64,000 nucleotides of DNA from Patescibacteria group bacterium (GCA_024654525.1 JANLHI010000030.1:2886-66885), one strand, 5' to 3'. Counted from the first letter of the stretch, positions 8,803 to 18,413 are shown. Numbers and translations: made by a program. The notes: a model not told the origin generated them from the letters alone.

Positions 8803-11800
8803 TTATGCGTACACGTTTACCTTCGTGTCGACGTAGTTATCATACACATGAAAATATACCTTCTGCGTTCGATCTTCGCAGTCGGGATCGGTATATGTCG
8901 GCTCCGGTAGCTCGTCGTAAAGTATCTTTGCAATAGTGACTTTGACATCAGCGCGCGTTTCTTCTTTCTTCTTCCAGTCCAGCACAAGCTTCTCTTGTTT
9001 TAGTCGAGCCAATAGCTCTTTAGCTACCTTTTTGACCTGATCAATCTCGCTCGGGTTTAAATTCTCTTTACGGAGAATGTCGAATACCGCCAGCTCTTCT
9101 TCGGTAAGGTTCTCTGAAACAGCACGGCGATCTTCATCGCTCAATTCCTTTGCAAGCTCTACTAGCTGGTTAAAGAAGGCATCAAGATCATGCGATCCGG
9201 TATTGTATTCGTGTAGGAGCTTATTTAGGCGGTCTAGGAAGTGTTTGCGGAGCTTGTTCTTGCGTACCATCTCTTTGATCTTCTCTTCCAGCTCGGCGCT
9301 CAATGCCTCAGCTTCAATGTTCTGCGTATCAGAATCATCAAAAAACTTCCTCAGTACCTCGAAGTCAATCTTGCTCAAGTCCTTAAGTTTCGGCACATCT
9401 TTGATCACATACTCGCCAGCGCGGATAGAGCGATCAAGTAGGTTTTCAAGATCCTTTTTCACCTGCGACACGTTTGTATCTTCATCGATCACCTCGCGGA
9501 TACGCGATGCAATAACTTTGTATGCCGTCACTTCGTGATAATAATCTTCCGCCTTCGGTTCCGGCAAAACTGCTTTGTAGTATTTGTACGCGTCACCAGC
9601 AAGATCAAGATATCGCTGCTTTGTTTTTTCATTTTGGAGGATGCGGTTTGTGAATACATCCACAAGCCGGATCTTCTCGACATCTTTTGCTTCGAGAAGG
9701 TCGTTGATATCCAGCTCGAGTGTCTTTAGAAATTGCCTTGTCTTTGCGACGGTAGCAAAAAGTATTTCCACCAGCTCATTTTTGTCTTTGATAATCTCAT
9801 CATCTCCGTCTTTTGTAGATGCATAAACTGCGAGTGCTTTTTGTAGGTTACGGAATACCCCGATGTAGTCGACGATCAAGCCATTCGTTTTATTTGGATA
9901 GACACGGTTTGCGCGAGCGATGGTTTGCATCAGCGTGTGATTCTTGAGTGGCTTATCGAGATAAAGCGTTGAAAGGTTCGGTACATCAAAGCCGGTCATC
10001 CACATCGCGCACACAAACACGATCCGCAGATTGCTATCCGGATCCTTAAACTTGGTTTCAAGATCTTCGTTTAGAATACGAGCGCGCAGTGGGCGCATGT
10101 CAATCTCGAATTCTTCCATGTCGGCAATTTCATTTTGGCTTTGGCTTACCACAACCGCCATGTCGATGTTCTCATATTTCTGAACCTGTTCTCTCAACAT
10201 TTCTTTCTCGTGGTCATCCTTTGCTTTGGTAACGGCGATATTCATCTTTGCTAGATGGCGCTGCATCTCTGCCTTCACTTTCGCGTACATGCGAATGGCA
10301 GTTTTCTTGTCGATAGAAACAACCATCGCCTTACCGTCATATCCACGAGCAGTAAAGTGCGTGACGATATCCTCTGCAACTTTATTAAGGCGATCTTCAC
10401 GTGTGATCAGATGATAGAAAGTCGAAAATTCCTGCTCAAGCTTCTCTTCTTCGTCGGTCGAGAGTTCATAGAAGTCCATCACTTTCTCAAGATCCTTTTG
10501 GATCTCCGGATTCTCATTTTCAAGTTTGGGTACTCGGTTTTCGTAGTAAAGAGGCACCGTAGCACCATCTTCTACCGACTGGGCGAAGTTATAGGTCGAC
10601 ACGTAGTCACCGAAGGTTTCTCGGGTCTTTTCTTCGCCCTTAGCCATCAGTGGCGTGCCTGTAAAGCCAATAAATGCGGCTTTGGGCATCGCTATGCGCA
10701 TATTCTGCGCCAAGCGGTCATATTGGGTACGATGCGCCTCATCTACCATCACAATGATGTCGCTGCGCTCTGAAAGCACCGGCGGTTTCTCTTCGGGCTT
10801 CGTACCGAATTTATGGATCAAAGAAAAGATGTGACGATGATCTTCAGTTAAGAGCTGGCGGAGATTGAGAATCGAATCAGCATGTACTTCTTCTTTATAT
10901 ACCGCACCGCAGGCAGAGAATGTTTTGTATATCTGCCTGTCGAGTTCAGTTCTGTCAGTTACGACAATGAAAGTGAAGTTGCCAGTCATCTTTCGTAGCA
11001 CCTTTTGCGAAAGGAAGATCATGGAGTACGACTTGCCGGATCCTTGCGTATGCCAAAAGACACCAAGTCGTCCGTGATTTTTGTCGCGATTCTTGATCTG
11101 ATCAAACGCCTGATTTACTCCGAGTAGCTGGAAGTAACGAGATATAGCTTTTACTCTCTCGCGGAAGGAATCATCAAACAGTGTGAAGTTTTCAATAATA
11201 TCGAGAAGTCGTGAAGGTTCACAAGTTCCTTTAATAACTGTTTCCAAACTCACGCGCCCTTCCTCACTCTCGCTCTTTATCTTTTTCCATTCATTAAAAT
11301 GCTCGTATGCGGAAGTGAGTGTTCCTACTTTAGTTTCGATGCCGTTAGAGAGGATGATAAAACCATTGTGCCAAAAGAGCTGCGGAATAGTGTCTTTATA
11401 ATCACGGATGTTTTCTTGATAGGCATTTCGTAGATTCTTATGTGATGCCTTCAGTTCGATCAATACGAGCGGTAAGCCATTCACGAAACCGATCAGATCG
11501 GGACGGCGCTTGTGAAGCTCTCCGGTGATCCACATTTGGGATACCAGCAAGAAGTCATTATTCGCTGCGTTTTCAAAATCAAAGACGCGGATGTTGATAC
11601 TTTCAAACGCGCCCTGCTCGGTTCGGATCTCTGTTTTGATTCCGTCTTTTATAAGCTTGTAGATGTCATGGTTAGCATTGACCATGCTTGCAGTAGAACG
11701 ATCGCGCGTGAGTTCAGTAATAGCTTGAGCGATTGCTTCCTGTGGCGCATCCGGATTGAGCTTCTCAAGTGCCAGCTTTAAGCGATTAACCAAAACAACC

Positions 11801-11937
11801 TGCCCTTGATTCTCACGCCCCAAAAGAGCATCTCCTTCTTCGGAGTAGGCATTGATAAAATTCTTAACACCCCAAGGCTCCGCAAAAATCTTTACGGCTG
11901 TTTGCTCAATTAAATTGTTTTCAGAAAATTCATTCAT
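8803..11937 (-). CDS. hsdR: Type I restriction enzyme R subunit
   Basis: 1044 aa with a DEAH box (MVDEAHRTQ) and SF2 helicase motifs. It overlaps hsdS by 4 nt. Confidence 0.9.
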   Translation of the reverse strand: MNEFSENNLIEQTAVKIFAEPWGVKNFINAYSEEGDALLGRENQGQVVLVNRLKLALEKLNPDAPQEAIAQAITELTRDRSTASMVNANHDIYKLIKDGIKTEIRTEQGAFESINIRVFDFENAANNDFLLVSQMWITGELHKRRPDLIGFVNGLPLVLIELKASHKNLRNAYQENIRDYKDTIPQLFWHNGFIILSNGIETKVGTLTSAYEHFNEWKKIKSESEEGRVSLETVIKGTCEPSRLLDIIENFTLFDDSFRERVKAISRYFQLLGVNQAFDQIKNRDKNHGRLGVFWHTQGSGKSYSMIFLSQKVLRKMTGNFTFIVVTDRTELDRQIYKTFSACGAVYKEEVHADSILNLRQLLTEDHRHIFSLIHKFGTKPEEKPPVLSERSDIIVMVDEAHRTQYDRLAQNMRIAMPKAAFIGFTGTPLMAKGEEKTRETFGDYVSTYNFAQSVEDGATVPLYYENRVPKLENENPEIQKDLEKVMDFYELSTDEEEKLEQEFSTFYHLITREDRLNKVAEDIVTHFTARGYDGKAMVVSIDKKTAIRMYAKVKAEMQRHLAKMNIAVTKAKDDHEKEMLREQVQKYENIDMAVVVSQSQNEIADMEEFEIDMRPLRARILNEDLETKFKDPDSNLRIVFVCAMWMTGFDVPNLSTLYLDKPLKNHTLMQTIARANRVYPNKTNGLIVDYIGVFRNLQKALAVYASTKDGDDEIIKDKNELVEILFATVAKTRQFLKTLELDINDLLEAKDVEKIRLVDVFTNRILQNEKTKQRYLDLAGDAYKYYKAVLPEPKAEDYYHEVTAYKVIASRIREVIDEDTNVSQVKKDLENLLDRSIRAGEYVIKDVPKLKDLSKIDFEVLRKFFDDSDTQNIEAEALSAELEEKIKEMVRKNKLRKHFLDRLNKLLHEYNTGSHDLDAFFNQLVELAKELSDEDRRAVSENLTEEELAVFDILRKENLNPSEIDQVKKVAKELLARLKQEKLVLDWKKKEETRADVKVTIAKILYDELPEPTYTDPDCEDRTQKVYFHVYDNYVDTKVNVYA

Positions 11938-13247
11938 ATATTTATATTGCCGGTAACAAGCTTAGACAGTAAAGCGTCTTTGGAGTTTGATAATGAATCC
12001 ATTTGCTTATTTAAATTCAGCCCTAAATCTATAAGTGCGCTGACTAAATTCTCATATTCAGTTACTAATGAGATAGGAGGTAAAACCATTTTTAAATTCA
12101 GTGTCTGCACGGGACTTAAATTTTGTTGTGCCACACCATTTGAAAGCAATTCGAGTTTTTTCTTAAAAGATTCCGATCGAAAAAGTGAATATACAAAACT
12201 CTTATACACCGCATCTTTTGGAACGATCTTTCCTACGCGCTGGTTGAGCAGGAGATTTTCACCGTAAACAATGCAAACGCGTCCAACATTTCCGGTTAAT
12301 GACAGCAAAATATCACCATCGTTGAGTCGGCAATGATCCGGCATTTTTGGGGGAATTTCGGCAATGTAGTTAAAATCGGAAATAAATTTACCATCATGTA
12401 TATTTTTTATTGTTATGATTCTGTATAGCCCTGTTGTAACATAATCTTTCCCCTTAAAAGCATGGCCAGATTTAATATCCAAAATTGATTCTAAATTACA
12501 AATTTTCCATCCTTCTGGGATCTTCCCAAATTCGGTACCGCTATCAACCATTTTAATTTTCTCGTGATTGGGAAAGCGATAATTTACGAACCATTCAGTG
12601 TAAATAACCTGCATCATCAGCTCCAATATCTTGATCCGGCGAGTGTTATTTTCGATAAGATCATCATAAGGAGATAGATGATTAACGATACTCTCTTGAA
12701 CCTGAATCGGTGGAAGTGACAATTCGATATTCAAAAGATCCGACACTTTTACGCTTGGTTGAGCGGCGCCTCGATCCAATTCGGTTATCTTGTTTTTATT
12801 GAAAAATAGAAAATAATATAAAAACTCGTTTAAGCAACCCTTGCCGCATCTTATGCCTATTGTATTTTGAATTATCACACTCTTTTTCTTAGGTGCTAGA
12901 GCAACATTCCCAAAACCATTACCAACAAGTGTTACAAGAACATCCTTCTCTTTGAGGTATTTTCTTATAAAATCGTGAAATGTTTTTTCATCAATAAATC
13001 TTCTTGCGTTTGCTAAAGCCACGGATCTCGTACCAGTTATCAGGAAATTATCGATAACGGGAATTCCTTCATTATAAAAAGCTTGTGGATTTTTCCCTCT
13101 GTTATCAACAATGTAATCTACCAAAGCACTTAGCTTTGTATTATTCCAATTATTTTTTGCAGCAGTGATGGTCATATCAGAATAACTTTCCAAAATTCTT
13201 GCTAATTTTATTCTCAAGACCATGCGCTTCTTCTGTGAGCTTCTCAA
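11934..13247 (-). CDS. hsdS: Type I R-M specificity subunit. The real start is probably Met25 (MTITAAK, ~13175).
   Basis: Two target-recognition-domain repeats with conserved central and C-terminal coiled regions. It lies between hsdM and hsdR. Confidence 0.85.
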   Translation of the reverse strand: MRSSQKKRMVLRIKLARILESYSDMTITAAKNNWNNTKLSALVDYIVDNRGKNPQAFYNEGIPVIDNFLITGTRSVALANARRFIDEKTFHDFIRKYLKEKDVLVTLVGNGFGNVALAPKKKSVIIQNTIGIRCGKGCLNEFLYYFLFFNKNKITELDRGAAQPSVKVSDLLNIELSLPPIQVQESIVNHLSPYDDLIENNTRRIKILELMMQVIYTEWFVNYRFPNHEKIKMVDSGTEFGKIPEGWKICNLESILDIKSGHAFKGKDYVTTGLYRIITIKNIHDGKFISDFNYIAEIPPKMPDHCRLNDGDILLSLTGNVGRVCIVYGENLLLNQRVGKIVPKDAVYKSFVYSLFRSESFKKKLELLSNGVAQQNLSPVQTLNLKMVLPPISLVTEYENLVSALIDLGLNLNKQMDSLSNSKDALLSKLVTGNINI

Positions 13248-14703
13248 GCTCTGTATTTATCCCTCGTACAGTCGTTTCAAAATCGACGTCGCTTACGTTC
13301 TCATTATCTGCTGCGCCAACATATCGACCAGAATTTAAGGAATAACCAGCCGCGCGCACTTCTTCAAGGGCGGCTACCTTGCAAAGCCCCTTAATATCTG
13401 TGTATTTCTTTATACCTTCTCCGCGATAGCTACGCACGATATCGGCTATTTGCTGTATCTGTTCCTCCGTCCAGTCGCGATGCGCGCGATCAATTTGATG
13501 GTAGATATTTCGCGCATCAATGAAAAGAATTTTATCCTTGCGATCAGTTTTCTTTTTACCTTTGTCTAGGAACCACAAGGTAACTGGCAAGGTGACGTTG
13601 TAGAACATGTTTGATCCTACGGCGACCATTACATCAACCACGCCATCATCAATCATTTTTGCGCGAATATCCTTTTCGCTGTGTCCGGCATCGCTTGCAG
13701 AGTTAGCCATAACAAAACCAGCACGACCAGTATTTTTTAATGCACTCAAGAAAATCTGAATCCAAAGAAAGTTTCCATTATCAGTGCGAGGCAAGCCATG
13801 CGGAAAGCGAGGATCATCTTTAATGCGCTCCTTGTCGATACCATTCACGTTGAAAGGAGGATTCGCCATAGCGAAGTCAAACTTCCCAAGTGAACGATGT
13901 AGATCTTCGTAGTAGGTATTGCCTTGTTTGATATCACCGGATAGACCGTGAATCGCAAGGTTCATCTTTGCAATGCGAACCGTTTGGTCAGTTTTCTCTT
14001 GACCGTAGATAGATACTTCACGCGCCGCTTTTAACTTCTTTCCTTTCTCAAAATGACGCTTGATGAACTCAACAGATTGCACAAACATACCACCGGATCC
14101 GCAGGCAGGATCGTAAATATATCCCTTGAACGGCTCAAGAATTTCGACGATCAGCTTAACAATAGAAGTCGGTGTGAAGAACTCACCACCGCCTGATCCG
14201 TCTGCGATGGCGAACTTACCCAAGAAGTATTCATAAATAAGACCGAAGGCATCACCTTCAATCGTGTCCGGAATCTGATTGAAATTTTTGAGAAGTGAGA
14301 TGATAGCTGAATTTTCCAGCAAGTTGTAATTCTTCGGTAGGATACCAGCAAGCTCTTTGTTTTCTCCTTCAATAGTTTTCATCGCATCATTTACTGCCTT
14401 ACCCATGTTTGTACCTTCAGGAAGGGTTATGAGATGTGAGTAGTGAGCGCCTTCAGGAATATACAAAACGCCACGAGAGTGATAATCCTCGGGCGTGATA
14501 GGACGCTGGCGCTTGGATGTTGCTTTTGCACGCTCTGCCTCAAGATCCTTTTTAGCGGCGATAAATTTAACGTCGGCAAACTTCAAGAAGATAAGCCCCA
14601 AAACCGGTTCGGCAAACTCATTCAAGCGAAGCGCAGAATTAGCGCGGAGATGATCCGCCGCTTCCCACAATCTACTCTCGAGTTGTTTGGTATCTGATGA
14701 CAT
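13177..14703 (-). CDS. hsdM: Type I R-M N6-adenine methyltransferase subunit
   Basis: N-terminal HsdM_N domain (LWEAADHLR), an NPPF motif (ANPPFNV), and the SAM-binding motif GKFAIADGSGGGEFFTP. Confidence 0.9.
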   Translation of the reverse strand: MSSDTKQLESRLWEAADHLRANSALRLNEFAEPVLGLIFLKFADVKFIAAKKDLEAERAKATSKRQRPITPEDYHSRGVLYIPEGAHYSHLITLPEGTNMGKAVNDAMKTIEGENKELAGILPKNYNLLENSAIISLLKNFNQIPDTIEGDAFGLIYEYFLGKFAIADGSGGGEFFTPTSIVKLIVEILEPFKGYIYDPACGSGGMFVQSVEFIKRHFEKGKKLKAAREVSIYGQEKTDQTVRIAKMNLAIHGLSGDIKQGNTYYEDLHRSLGKFDFAMANPPFNVNGIDKERIKDDPRFPHGLPRTDNGNFLWIQIFLSALKNTGRAGFVMANSASDAGHSEKDIRAKMIDDGVVDVMVAVGSNMFYNVTLPVTLWFLDKGKKKTDRKDKILFIDARNIYHQIDRAHRDWTEEQIQQIADIVRSYRGEGIKKYTDIKGLCKVAALEEVRAAGYSLNSGRYVGAADNENVSDVDFETTVRGINTELEKLTEEAHGLENKISKNFGKLF

Positions 14704-14706
14704 AAG

Positions 14707-14952
14707 TTATTTTTGGCTTTGTTTAAGAAATTTTAATATGTCTTCTTTCTTATAGCGTCTATCCCGCCGACTTCCAAAACGCATTGCTTTTAATATGCCA
14801 CGGTTGTCCCACTTGCGGAGAGTATTAGGATGACAATTCAGAATCTCGCAGGCCTGTTGAAGCGTGAGAATATCGGGCATCTGTTTTATTTTAGGGCGCT
14901 GTTTTTTCATAAAAGCATAACTTAACACAAGTTTACACGACAATTTAAGCAT
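14707..14952 (-). CDS. Excisionase/MerR-type HTH DNA-binding protein. The start is probably the internal Met (MKKQRPK, ~14910).
   Basis: The segment LTLQQACEILNCHPNTLRKWDNRGIL is a Xis-family HTH. It is adjacent to the serine recombinase. Confidence 0.5.
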   Translation of the reverse strand: MLKLSCKLVLSYAFMKKQRPKIKQMPDILTLQQACEILNCHPNTLRKWDNRGILKAMRFGSRRDRRYKKEDILKFLKQSQK

Positions 14953-15042
14953 TGTAAAGAGCTTTTAAGGGGTTTTGGTTGCCTACGGGTTATCAACTAC
15001 CCCGTCTGGACTCCCTAGCGGGTTTGCGTCATCTCTTAGGGT

Positions 15043-16380
15043 ATGACCAACCAAACTACAGGGCCGGTGGGAGCTGTGGCCCAAACACAAATCCAGCTTC
15101 CCATAAAGGTCAAATACGTGCTCTATGCGAGGAAAAGCACGGAAAGCGAGGAACAGCAGATCCTTTCCATAGACAGCCAGATCAAGGAGATGCTCCAGAT
15201 GGCCGAACGTGACCATCTGGAGGTGGTAGAGATCAAGAAAGAGTCGCACTCGGCAAAGGAAGCGGGGCAACGTCCAGTGTTCAATGAGATCGTCGATGAA
15301 ATCAAAAGTGGCAAATTCAACGGAATACTTACATGGGCGGCAGACCGTATATCGAGAAACGCCGGAGACCTCGGAAGAATCGTGGACCTCATGGACAGCG
15401 GAAAGTTGATTGAGATACGCACCTACGGGCAGAAGTTCACCAACAGCCCGAACGAGAAGTTCCTCCTTATGATATTGGGCTCGCAGGCTAAGCTCGAGAA
15501 CGACAATAAGGTGGTGAATGTGAAGCGCGGGTTAAGGGCGCGATGCGAGATGGGGCTATGGCCATGCACGGCACCGACGGGATACCTGAACAGCACGATT
15601 AAGGAGAAAAGCTGCCATGTAGAAATTGATCCCCACAGGGCTCCCATGATTAAGAAGATGTTTGAGAAAGTGGCCTACGAGAACATGAGCGGGCGACGGC
15701 TTCACGCATGGCTCAAGGACGAGGCTAAGTTCCGGGTAAGGAGTGGCAAGCCGCTCACGATCAGCAATATATACATCACTCTGCGAAATACTTTCTACTA
15801 CGGCTCATTCGAATATCCGAGAGGCGGTGGGCAGTGGTATGCCGGGAAGCATATGCCCATCATCACCAAGGAACTCTTCGACAAGGTGCAGGAGAAAATG
15901 GCTAACTATGCGGTGCGCGGGGAAACAAAGGAATTCGCCTTCACGAAACTCATGACCTGCGGACTATGCGGATCTGGTATCACGGCCGATGAGAAATTCA
16001 AGAAACAACAAAATGGCAATGTACACAGGTACGTCTACTACGGTTGCTGCCGGTTCCAGGATAAGAACTGCAAATCGGGATATATGCGAGAAGAAGATCT
16101 GATCGAGCAGCTCGCAAAGCTGATGGATAAAATTGACCTCGATGAGATCGGCATGAAGGAGCGGATTAAAATTGAAATCGAACGGCACAAGAAATTCCAG
16201 TCGGGACTTTTGGGGATAAAGGAAAAGACGATCAAAGTCGGCGACATTGACGTGCGAAATTACGCGAAGTACGTGTTGCGAGACGGAACGATACTTGAGA
16301 AGCGAGAGTTGTTATCTTGCCTGCGTAGTAAGGTGACGATGGCGGAGAGAGAAGTGAAGATTGCTCAAGCTAAGACTTAA
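15043..16380 (+). CDS. Serine recombinase (resolvase N-terminal domain plus recombinase and zinc-ribbon domains)
   Basis: Catalytic region YARKSTESEEQQ...SIDSQ, ADRISRN, and a C-terminal CGLCGS...YYGCCRFQDKNC zinc ribbon. Confidence 0.8.
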   Translation: MTNQTTGPVGAVAQTQIQLPIKVKYVLYARKSTESEEQQILSIDSQIKEMLQMAERDHLEVVEIKKESHSAKEAGQRPVFNEIVDEIKSGKFNGILTWAADRISRNAGDLGRIVDLMDSGKLIEIRTYGQKFTNSPNEKFLLMILGSQAKLENDNKVVNVKRGLRARCEMGLWPCTAPTGYLNSTIKEKSCHVEIDPHRAPMIKKMFEKVAYENMSGRRLHAWLKDEAKFRVRSGKPLTISNIYITLRNTFYYGSFEYPRGGGQWYAGKHMPIITKELFDKVQEKMANYAVRGETKEFAFTKLMTCGLCGSGITADEKFKKQQNGNVHRYVYYGCCRFQDKNCKSGYMREEDLIEQLAKLMDKIDLDEIGMKERIKIEIERHKKFQSGLLGIKEKTIKVGDIDVRNYAKYVLRDGTILEKRELLSCLRSKVTMAEREVKIAQAKT

Positions 16381-16470
16381 AAAGGCTTTGCCTGCATTTA
16401 TCAAATCGACATCTTCGAGTTTTACATATTGGATCAGTGTGACTTACAATAACGAAAACAAGAAATACTC

Positions 16471-17175
16471 ATGTACATTAAAAATATCAACAAAAGGCAA
16501 TTTATTTGCTTCACTCAAAACGAGTTATCTTCGCTTTATAAAGCAGCAAAGTTAAAGCAACTTATGCAGGAAATGAGCGCGAGAGGTGTCACATTGAAAG
16601 ACTTGGCGGGCAATCACTCTAGGATGGAGGAAATCGCTAACATGGTTGGCGACCGAGGGGCGGCAGACCGAGACGAACACGAGATTTTCGCTGGTCTCTT
16701 TGTGTTCGCCCAATTTTATGGAAATGATAGTGAAATATGCTTCGAGCTGCAGGACTCATTCAGTCCACAAAGAGATAGGATTGTATCTCTGGCCGATCTG
16801 ATTAATCTAAGGAAAACAGACACTGAATCCGATTTTATGATTAAGGCAGAAGATGGATTTAGAGATTTTCAGTTGAAGCGTTATCGTGGCCCGCTTCAAA
16901 CGCAGGCGATCCTCGATTTCATTATTGGAGTGGTGCGACACTATGGAAATAATTTAGGCGACACGAATTTGCTTATACAGCTTCAGTCTCCGTCTTACAC
17001 CCACATGGACGCCGACTTTCACGATTTGCACAACCAGATAGCATCGATCGGTTTTCCTTTCTTGGGGCAAGTTCTAGTTTCTTACAACGACAACAATAAA
17101 AGCCAGGCAATTATTCAAGTACATCCCAAATTGACGAAAACAGAAATCCCGTTATTACTCCCAAGCCAACGATGA
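16471..17175 (+). CDS. Hypothetical protein, first gene of a two-gene cassette
   Basis: 234-aa ORF with an ATGA overlap to the downstream gene. No recognisable motif. Confidence 0.4.
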   Translation: MYIKNINKRQFICFTQNELSSLYKAAKLKQLMQEMSARGVTLKDLAGNHSRMEEIANMVGDRGAADRDEHEIFAGLFVFAQFYGNDSEICFELQDSFSPQRDRIVSLADLINLRKTDTESDFMIKAEDGFRDFQLKRYRGPLQTQAILDFIIGVVRHYGNNLGDTNLLIQLQSPSYTHMDADFHDLHNQIASIGFPFLGQVLVSYNDNNKSQAIIQVHPKLTKTEIPLLLPSQR

Positions 17176-17912
17176 CTTGTAAACTTTGCCTACAGGATAA
17201 ACAGCTCCTGAAAAAATCTCATATTATTCCGAACTTTATGTACGGCGACCTTTTCGACGGCGATCATAGTCTGTTCAAAGTTCGCCTTTCTGATTGGAGT
17301 AAGCAGAAGCTTCAGACAGGGGAATACGAGGCGAATATCCTTTGTGCTAATTGTGATAACAAGCTTATTGGTGGATTAGAAAATTATGCCTGCCAGGTAC
17401 TCTATGGAGGGAAAATTAATGGCGTAGAAATGCGCAATGAGATAAACCAAAATGGTGTCGAGTTCACTTATGCAAAAGGCATAGACTATAAAAAGTTTAA
17501 GCTATTCCTTTTATCATTAGTGTGGCGGTGCAGTATCTCGAAAAGAGTTTTTTACAAGCAAGTTGAACTGGGACAAAAGCACGAAGAAACGATAAGGGCG
17601 ATGATCTACGGTGGCGATCCAGGAAAACAAATGGATTATCCATGCTTTATTAGTTCCTATCGAAAACACAACGAATTGCCAGCGAAAGTAATAAGCCAGC
17701 CGACTAAATTTCGCCATGACGGTGGCGTTGCTTATTCGATTATCCTCGGAGGTATTGTCTATATGTATTACATTTCGAAGCACTCTGTCCCACAGGTAAT
17801 ATCCGAAACGGTCATCAATGAGCACGGCGAACTGAAAATTGTGCATATGCCACTTGACCAAGCAAAAAATCTTCTGAACCACTACACACAACATAGGGTT
17901 TTCCCCGTTTAG
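17172..17912 (+). CDS. HNH-like nuclease candidate
   Basis: N-terminal CKLC...SHIIP......NILCANCDNK resembles the Cx2C-HIxP...N...Cx2C(H/D) HNH core. Confidence 0.35.
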   Translation: MTCKLCLQDKQLLKKSHIIPNFMYGDLFDGDHSLFKVRLSDWSKQKLQTGEYEANILCANCDNKLIGGLENYACQVLYGGKINGVEMRNEINQNGVEFTYAKGIDYKKFKLFLLSLVWRCSISKRVFYKQVELGQKHEETIRAMIYGGDPGKQMDYPCFISSYRKHNELPAKVISQPTKFRHDGGVAYSIILGGIVYMYYISKHSVPQVISETVINEHGELKIVHMPLDQAKNLLNHYTQHRVFPV

Positions 17913-17997
17913 GCAAAAACCAGTCAATAGATTGATCGGTTATGGAAACACGGGAGACCGGGCTTTCCAAGCCCGCTCGGTCGGTCTCACATGCCTG

Positions 17998-18069
17998 TGC
18001 CCTCGAGAGGAATCGAACCTCTATCTTCACGTTAGGAGTGTGAAGCTCTATCCATTGAGCTACGAGGGC
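17998..18069 (-). tRNA. tRNA-Arg(CCT)
   Basis: Cloverleaf folded by hand: acceptor GCCCTCG/CGAGGGC, anticodon loop CTCCTAA, T-arm AGAGG-TTCGATT-CCTCT. Its 3' end faces the island. Confidence 0.75.
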
Positions 18070-18183
18070 ATATATAGCGTACTTATTCAATTTATCATTG
18101 CAGAAAGTTCTTTATGAAGCAAACCACCTTTCTTTAATGAATGTATTACAATATAGAAGAACGTATTTACTCTATCCGAATAT

Positions 18184-18402
18184 ATGCGACACCATCTTCA
18201 AAAATTTCACGATCGTATTTCCGAGAAGTATCCGCGGTTTAAGTTCGCAATAGGAATCTTTTTTATACTCTTTGGATTGCTTGCATTAGTCACGCCACTC
18301 ACGCCCGGATCATGGCTTGCGCTTGTGGGGCTTGAGCTTATTGGCATCCGCGTACTCACGGGGAAGTGGTGGGGAAAATTCTTTTCAAAATCTAAAAAAT
18401 AA
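18184..18402 (+). CDS. Small membrane protein
   Basis: 72 aa with two hydrophobic helices. Confidence 0.3.
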   Translation: MRHHLQKFHDRISEKYPRFKFAIGIFFILFGLLALVTPLTPGSWLALVGLELIGIRVLTGKWWGKFFSKSKK

Positions 18403-18413
18403 AACAGGGGAGT

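Noticed and set aside
9077-11781. Multiple 60-170 aa ORFs on the plus strand inside hsdR (for example 9077-9538, 10255-10773)
   Set aside because: They are antisense to a well-supported 1044-aa hsdR ORF, have low-complexity S/F/L-rich translations, and lack motifs. They are shadow ORFs.
17998-18069. Initial reading of the tRNA anticodon arm with a 9-nt loop
   Set aside because: Re-folding with a standard 8-nt D-loop gives a 7-nt loop CTCCTAA (anticodon CCT) with one mismatch at the stem top. This is a normal tRNA-Arg, not an intron-containing or aberrant tRNA.
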